The notes under the pieces were generated by a model. It ran no database searches. It was not told where the DNA came from and saw only the letters and a list, made by a program, of their open reading frames with translations. Below, in pieces: positions 58,901 through 64,000 of a stretch of 64,000 nucleotides of DNA. Both the position numbers and the translations under genes were made by a program. The DNA comes from Flectonema sp. DT1601. Its lineage: Eukaryota. The stretch is taken from positions 310,001 through 374,000 of the forward strand of contig OZ025803.1 of the NCBI GenBank assembly GCA_964019425.1, read 5' to 3'. Positions within the stretch are counted from its first letter, which is position 1. Each line of letters opens with the position of its first letter.

Positions 58901-59252
58901 CTCGTAGAAGCAAGTCCCCAATCTAATGGAAGCAGAAAGACTAACAACACTATTCCAGCTATCTCAACTTGATGTGATGATATTCGTGTTGCCGTCATAG
59001 TGCAGGTAGTTATTCTGATTGTTGTTTGTTTGATTTTATTTTCAAAAACGTAAAAGTAAACAACAACAAGAACACATACATTAGCGACACAGCAAGTAAC
59101 GTAAAAAGTGCAATCGATGCAGGCAGAAAGGGACCCTTTCCTAACAACATAGTGGCTACAACTGCTGTTACCCAAGGTATAATGCCTGACGCAGTTATTA
59201 CCACAGTCGGCAGAAGGGCGCCTCCCCTCCAAATATCATGTCGCGAGCACAT
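55975..59252 (-). CDS. Multi-pass membrane protein with degenerate class III nucleotide cyclase-like domain and C-terminal STE11/MEKK-like Ser/Thr kinase; intron 59015-59079
   Basis: Kinase motifs LGKGAFGDV, VAMK, HRDLKPHN, DFG and GTPLYMSPE. SYLP linker followed by a cyclase-like fold. The 5' exon from ATG 59252 adds TM helices; the start is uncertain. Confidence 0.85.
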
Positions 59253-60016
59253 AGTGCACCCTCCCTCCCCCGACACCTGCTAAAAGAAACTACTACACCC
59301 ATTGAATCATTGATAATAACAAAAAGACAAACACTTGTGATGGATTTACCTGTTTTTTTTACTGAAAATAATTAATATTACTTTTGCTTACCAATCAATT
59401 CAAAATCTTAAGATATACATCATAGCAGGGAACGTGGAGGGGTTTACAGAATACAAAAATCGTCTTGGCGGAAATACACACCAAAAAAAAAAAAGATAAA
59501 AAAGAAATGTTTTTTTTTTATTTAAAAAGAGTCCTTACGAAGAGGGGAGTAAAATATGACATTTTTGTTAAAGAGTGCAGTGACTAAAGAAATAAAACTG
59601 ACTAATGAGGAGGAGAAAGTGATATTAAGAAAACTTATACCTAACTGAGAGCTATGGGAGGTAACAAACAGGATTCTACTTACAATTTTTCTACAGTTCA
59701 TCACATCTATCCACACGCTAAAGGGAAGCTTAAAACAAGATAACAAAAAAAAATCTACAAAAATAAAAATACTAAGAAAAAGGTAAGGTCTAAAGAATTA
59801 ATTACAAGACTGACCAAGTACAATACAAAAAAAGACAATCAGAGCTACCCTTGTGAACTTCTGGCTTAACGTCAATGTTCAACAGCAGGCTACTGTTGTT
59901 GCCAAATCGACGAAGGTAACTACAGATATAAAGAAATTCGTTCGTTTTTGCCCGCAAGCAAGTAGAATATGACATAGCTGACAACTTCCGTGTGAAAGCA
60001 GCAATTCCTCGTCACT

Positions 60017-63000
60017 CTACAGAGCATCAATCTGCTGTTGTGTTAGTAACTTCTGGCTGTCCGTCAGCATGCTCGCAACGGTGGCTGTCAAGTCAGATGT
60101 CTTTGAGTTTGGTGTAAAGTTATTGTTAGGAAAAAGGAGAGCCTGCTTTAACATAGCTGCCTGTTTCTTCGCTAGTTTCTGACTGAAAGCATGTTGAATA
60201 GCAACCTGATTGGGTGACACTCCGTTTTGTAAACTATCTTGAGCCATTAGATCAGAGAAATTTGTTGAGCCACCTGCAACTGTTTTGGAGAGCACCTGAG
60301 GAGCCTGCTGGAGCGCTGCGGCAACAGTTTGCGTACTATGTTGAGCAGGCAGTCCTTGTTGAAGTTCTTGTAACACAGAAGGTTGTACAGCTCCAAGATT
60401 AAAAAGTGCTGCTTGCGCAGGTTGTAGCGCCGCAGCTGAGTGGGTTACTGCGGGAACTGCAGCCGCTTGCTGCTGGAGCTGCAGTTGTTGAATTTGTTGT
60501 TGCAGTTGCTGTCCTCCAAGTTGAGGTTGGGCAACGCTTCCCTTATTTTGAATTAAATTAGAAATCTTTTGAATCTCAAAACTGTTGTTCAATGTGGTGT
60601 CATCAACCGCTTTGTGCATTGCAGTCATCGCCTGCTGTACTTGTCCCTGAAGGACCTGTAGTTTCTGCTCATCCTGAGAACGCTGAATCTGTGATTCCAG
60701 ATGGGCCTGACGAATACCATCGTTGAGACCTATTTGAGTGACTTGCGCAGAATGAAGTGCTTCAATGTACTCCTTCTCGCGTTGTTGGTAGATCATTGTG
60801 ATTTCAGAAATAGCACGTTGGGCGCGAATAAGTTCGTCGCTAACTCTCTTAGTTTGACCGTCCTTCTCAACAAGACGCTGTTGGAGTGCGGTAGCGATTT
60901 GTTGTAATCCCTGAATCTGCTGCTGGAACTTCTCTCCGACCTTCAGCATTTGAAGTTGAGCAACTCGTTCCATTTCTTTCTTCTCTTCCGTATTGCGCTG
61001 CTCTGTTTCAAAGAGACGCTTCACAGCATCAGTGTCCATTCTCTCAATGTTTGCTTCCAGCATTTGTTGAGCGCTGAGATATTCACTCTTTTGCTGCATC
61101 ATCTGGTGTGCGGCGTCACCCATTAAGACTTGCTTCTCATCTTCTTGGAGAAGTCTGAGCCTTCCGTTAGCGGTCTCAGCAATGGATAACTTCTCTCTGA
61201 GGTTGTCAATTAGCTGCTTTGAGTCCAATTCGAACTGCTGCATTGAAATTCTGTATTTTTCGGATTCCTGAAGTTGCTGCTCTAAAGAGAAGACCTTCGC
61301 GTCAGCATTGCCCAAACGGGCGCCAAGTTCGTCGTCTAACTTCTTGCGTTCTGAGAAAGCGATCTTCTGATTGATGTCATTCAGGTCTTCTAACTGTGAT
61401 TTTAAAGTAGCCTTGTCCGCGTCAGCTGCTTTTAGTTGTTGGCTAACAGCTTCAGCAACCTGCTTTAATTCGTGATCTTTATCTCTAACATATGCTTCCT
61501 TCTCGAGAGTTAATCTCTTTAGCTGGTTACGAGCGTCACTCAGAGCCATCTCAGCCTTGTCGAGTTGAATCTTCAAACTTGTCATCTCCATTTCTGCTGT
61601 TCTAGACTTTGCTTTCGCCTGATCACTTTCTAATCGGTGGTTCTCACCTTCTAATTTACTCCTCTCCATCTGCTGATTTAAATCCAACCCGGCGGAGTTA
61701 TACGCGGATTCGATCTCTTTCATCTTTAAGTTGCACTGATCGAAAGCATCCCTCACTTTCCTTTCTGCTTCCATTTCAGAGCTTCTCCTTCCTTCTTCAA
61801 TCTGGGCGAGTTGCTGGTTGTGACGCTCTGCTGCGTTTTGTAGTCGAAGTTCAACTTCTTCTCTCATTCGATTGTTTTCTTCCTCAGCTAACTTAAGCTG
61901 ATCTTGAAAACTATTTTCCATATTACGTCTCGCGTTGTCAGCTTCCAATCGAAGAGCTTCGTGTTTTTGCTCAATCGCTTGAATGTCACCAAGTCGAAGG
62001 TTCTCAATTGATTGTTTTTCAATCTTCCATCTTGATCTTTCATCTTCTAGAAGGTTGTTGAGTTCTGTTCGTTGTTTCATTAAACTCAACCTTTCCCCCT
62101 CAAGTGTGAGAGCTGCTTGTCTGTCTGCAGCATCTAAGGCTACTTTAGATTCCGTAGCGAATCTAGTTAATTGATCATTGTAGCTTCTCTCTGTATCTCT
62201 GAGGGACTTCTCAAGTTTCTCTTGAAGAGTACGTTGCTGTTGATCGAATTCAAGAGATTGCAATTCTTTTTCTTGTGTGAGTCGGCGGTTTTCCATTTCA
62301 GAAGTTTTAAATTTCGATGTGGCGTCTGCTTCTCTAGCAGCAAGTTGTTGTTCGAGCTGACGAACTCTTTCTGAGTACGCGTCAGTTACTTGTTGAACAT
62401 TTTGAGATGCCTGCAGTGAGATAGAACTCATTACTTCCCTCTGCATGTCACTCAACTCTTTTTGATGTTTTACGCGTTCAGTGTCAGCTACTTCAGCGAG
62501 GTCAATCTTTTGTTTTTCCATGAGCTCCGCCACCCTTTCATTTGTTTCTTTTAGCGACGTTTGCTGTCTGTTTTCAGCGTCCTGACGGCCCCTTCGCTCT
62601 TCTTCGATGCTCTGCATTAGTATTTTCAAATTCTGTTCCATTCGATCTTGTGTTAACTTCCCCTGATCTTGGATGGCACTCAACTGCAGCTGCGATGTTT
62701 CCAACTTGGAGCTCAAGTCCGCCACCTGCAGTTGAAGTTTTAGGTTCGCTGACTCAGCCGCGTGAAGCTTTATTTCACCTGCTTTGATTTGTTCGTTTCT
62801 CTCGCGCATTTCCCGTTCTTGGTATTGCTTCAAGTCAATACTGTGAGTACCTGCTATTTGTTTCAAGTTGGTATCATTTGATGTTTGTAACATATGAATC
62901 TGACGAGAGTGTTCATCTCTCATGTTATCCATCTTGCTACCCCACTGCAGTTCTAACTCATCCAGAGATCTTTTATTTCTTTCAGTGAGACTAGCGAGAA

Positions 63001-63325
63001 TACGAGTATGTTCAACTTGTTGAGAGGTTATTGCGAGTTGTAGTGATTCCTCGTATCTGACAGCAGTGTTTAGAATGGATTCTTTCTGCTGGTCAGCGAT
63101 CATCGAAGAAACTGGATCGACAACTTGCACAAGTCTCGAGTCATCAACTGACTGAACAACTCTCTCAGCCTCCTGGAGATAAGCTCTTCGAATATCTTCA
63201 ACCTGCTGTTGACTTACTTCCATAGGTACGAGTCCAGCAGCAGACATCCCACGTACGGGAAGGGGAACTGAGCCAGTCCTTCGATGACTAGTCGGCGGTA
63301 GGATCGGTGGCGGGATCGTTGCCAT
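60017..63325 (-). CDS. Long coiled-coil protein with Q/A-rich C-terminus
   Basis: 1102-aa intact ORF with E/Q/K/L-rich heptads; TTTTTATCAG acceptor shortly upstream of the ATG. Confidence 0.8.
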   Translation of the reverse strand: MATIPPPILPPTSHRRTGSVPLPVRGMSAAGLVPMEVSQQQVEDIRRAYLQEAERVVQSVDDSRLVQVVDPVSSMIADQQKESILNTAVRYEESLQLAITSQQVEHTRILASLTERNKRSLDELELQWGSKMDNMRDEHSRQIHMLQTSNDTNLKQIAGTHSIDLKQYQEREMRERNEQIKAGEIKLHAAESANLKLQLQVADLSSKLETSQLQLSAIQDQGKLTQDRMEQNLKILMQSIEEERRGRQDAENRQQTSLKETNERVAELMEKQKIDLAEVADTERVKHQKELSDMQREVMSSISLQASQNVQQVTDAYSERVRQLEQQLAAREADATSKFKTSEMENRRLTQEKELQSLEFDQQQRTLQEKLEKSLRDTERSYNDQLTRFATESKVALDAADRQAALTLEGERLSLMKQRTELNNLLEDERSRWKIEKQSIENLRLGDIQAIEQKHEALRLEADNARRNMENSFQDQLKLAEEENNRMREEVELRLQNAAERHNQQLAQIEEGRRSSEMEAERKVRDAFDQCNLKMKEIESAYNSAGLDLNQQMERSKLEGENHRLESDQAKAKSRTAEMEMTSLKIQLDKAEMALSDARNQLKRLTLEKEAYVRDKDHELKQVAEAVSQQLKAADADKATLKSQLEDLNDINQKIAFSERKKLDDELGARLGNADAKVFSLEQQLQESEKYRISMQQFELDSKQLIDNLREKLSIAETANGRLRLLQEDEKQVLMGDAAHQMMQQKSEYLSAQQMLEANIERMDTDAVKRLFETEQRNTEEKKEMERVAQLQMLKVGEKFQQQIQGLQQIATALQQRLVEKDGQTKRVSDELIRAQRAISEITMIYQQREKEYIEALHSAQVTQIGLNDGIRQAHLESQIQRSQDEQKLQVLQGQVQQAMTAMHKAVDDTTLNNSFEIQKISNLIQNKGSVAQPQLGGQQLQQQIQQLQLQQQAAAVPAVTHSAAALQPAQAALFNLGAVQPSVLQELQQGLPAQHSTQTVAAALQQAPQVLSKTVAGGSTNFSDLMAQDSLQNGVSPNQVAIQHAFSQKLAKKQAAMLKQALLFPNNNFTPNSKTSDLTATVASMLTDSQKLLTQQQIDAL

Positions 63326-64000
63326 CGTTTATTTTGTCTGATAAAAATGAAATATATTTGTTTTCTCTAAATACGTAAGCTAATAGTCCACAAGAAGGCT
63401 ACTCTCCGCCTATCAAATCTTTGGTACCTGTGGAAATTAAATACAATAACAGCCCATACGTACCATACAATAGTCGTATGAACAGCAGCATTAATTTCAG
63501 AGTGGGTTATTAATTCACTCGATGTAAATTTGATGCGCTGACTTACTTTTTTCACTAGTTCTAAACAAAACAAGCAACTGAACTAATCTATTTTCCTAAC
63601 CAGTTCTCGTGCAGAGTACGTTAGCTTCTGCACGTGAAGTCTGAGACCGACTTAATTTTTATCAATTTTGCTACTTTATTTCTTTCTCAGCGTCCATCCA
63701 GCAAATATCTCTAACGAGCTAGAAAGCCAGAAGCTAAGAAAATCAAGCGCAATGACGATAATGAGAAAAGGAGGAGTGAGTCTGGGAGGCTGCAAAGTTG
63801 AAATCACCATTCAAAAACAAGAACAAGAAATAGAACATCTGGTCAATCGACTTGCAATATGAATGTACAAGAAATTGAACAAAAAAAAAGAGAAATAAAT
63901 TTTTACCTTCTCATCAGAGTGGCTCTCTTACTATTCAGAAATAGAGGAGAAAGCTAACACAAGTATCTCAATAATCAAACATCAGTTTGTAACATGAACA

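Noticed and set aside
131..63862. Many short K/F-rich ORFs in the ORF track
   Set aside because: They arise from poly(A)/poly(T) tracts in UTRs, or are antisense or alternative frames of real genes.
1..64000. tRNA, snRNA, snoRNA, SL RNA genes and telomeric repeats
   Set aside because: None were recognised by eye. tRNAscan-SE or Infernal would be needed to exclude them.

Overview
This is gene-dense eukaryotic nuclear DNA, most likely from a euglenozoan and probably a diplonemid. That assignment is inferred from directional gene clusters with very short spacers, pyrimidine/C-run AG acceptors just upstream of ATGs, an N-terminal-only NDUFS1, short cis-introns and a euglenozoan-type 18S fragment. 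Three + strand genes (DnaJ, NDUFS1-N, SAP18-like; 1.3-5.3 kb) converge on a run of 21 consecutive - strand genes spanning 11.9-63.3 kb. The - strand run contains Ubl-LRR, a mucin-TM protein, an EF-hand/CNBD K+ channel, two sulfatases, RPN13, GH35, two PP2Cs, PKR1, VPS26, HPF1, CFAP52, PPR, SET, RRM, HAD, WWE, a pseudo-cyclase-kinase and a coiled-coil protein. The convergence zone (about 5.8-15.2 kb) is a mosaic of short collapsed fragments: 18S rRNA, a Polinton-type PolB motif, YR-retroelement-like RT/YR pieces, pogo-like pieces and two TTAA/piggyBac-type non-autonomous elements. The three most notable observations are: (1) this fragment mosaic at a convergent strand switch; (2) 21 hand-predicted GT-AG introns with U/G-rich 5' arms, partly complementary A/C-rich 3' arms and no pyrimidine tract, unlike the putative trans-splice acceptors; (3) an ~80-bp dispersed element flanked by ~27-30 bp duplications that start at a C-run, one of which duplicates a splice acceptor and start codon. 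All gene models and homologies were read by eye, with no database searches.
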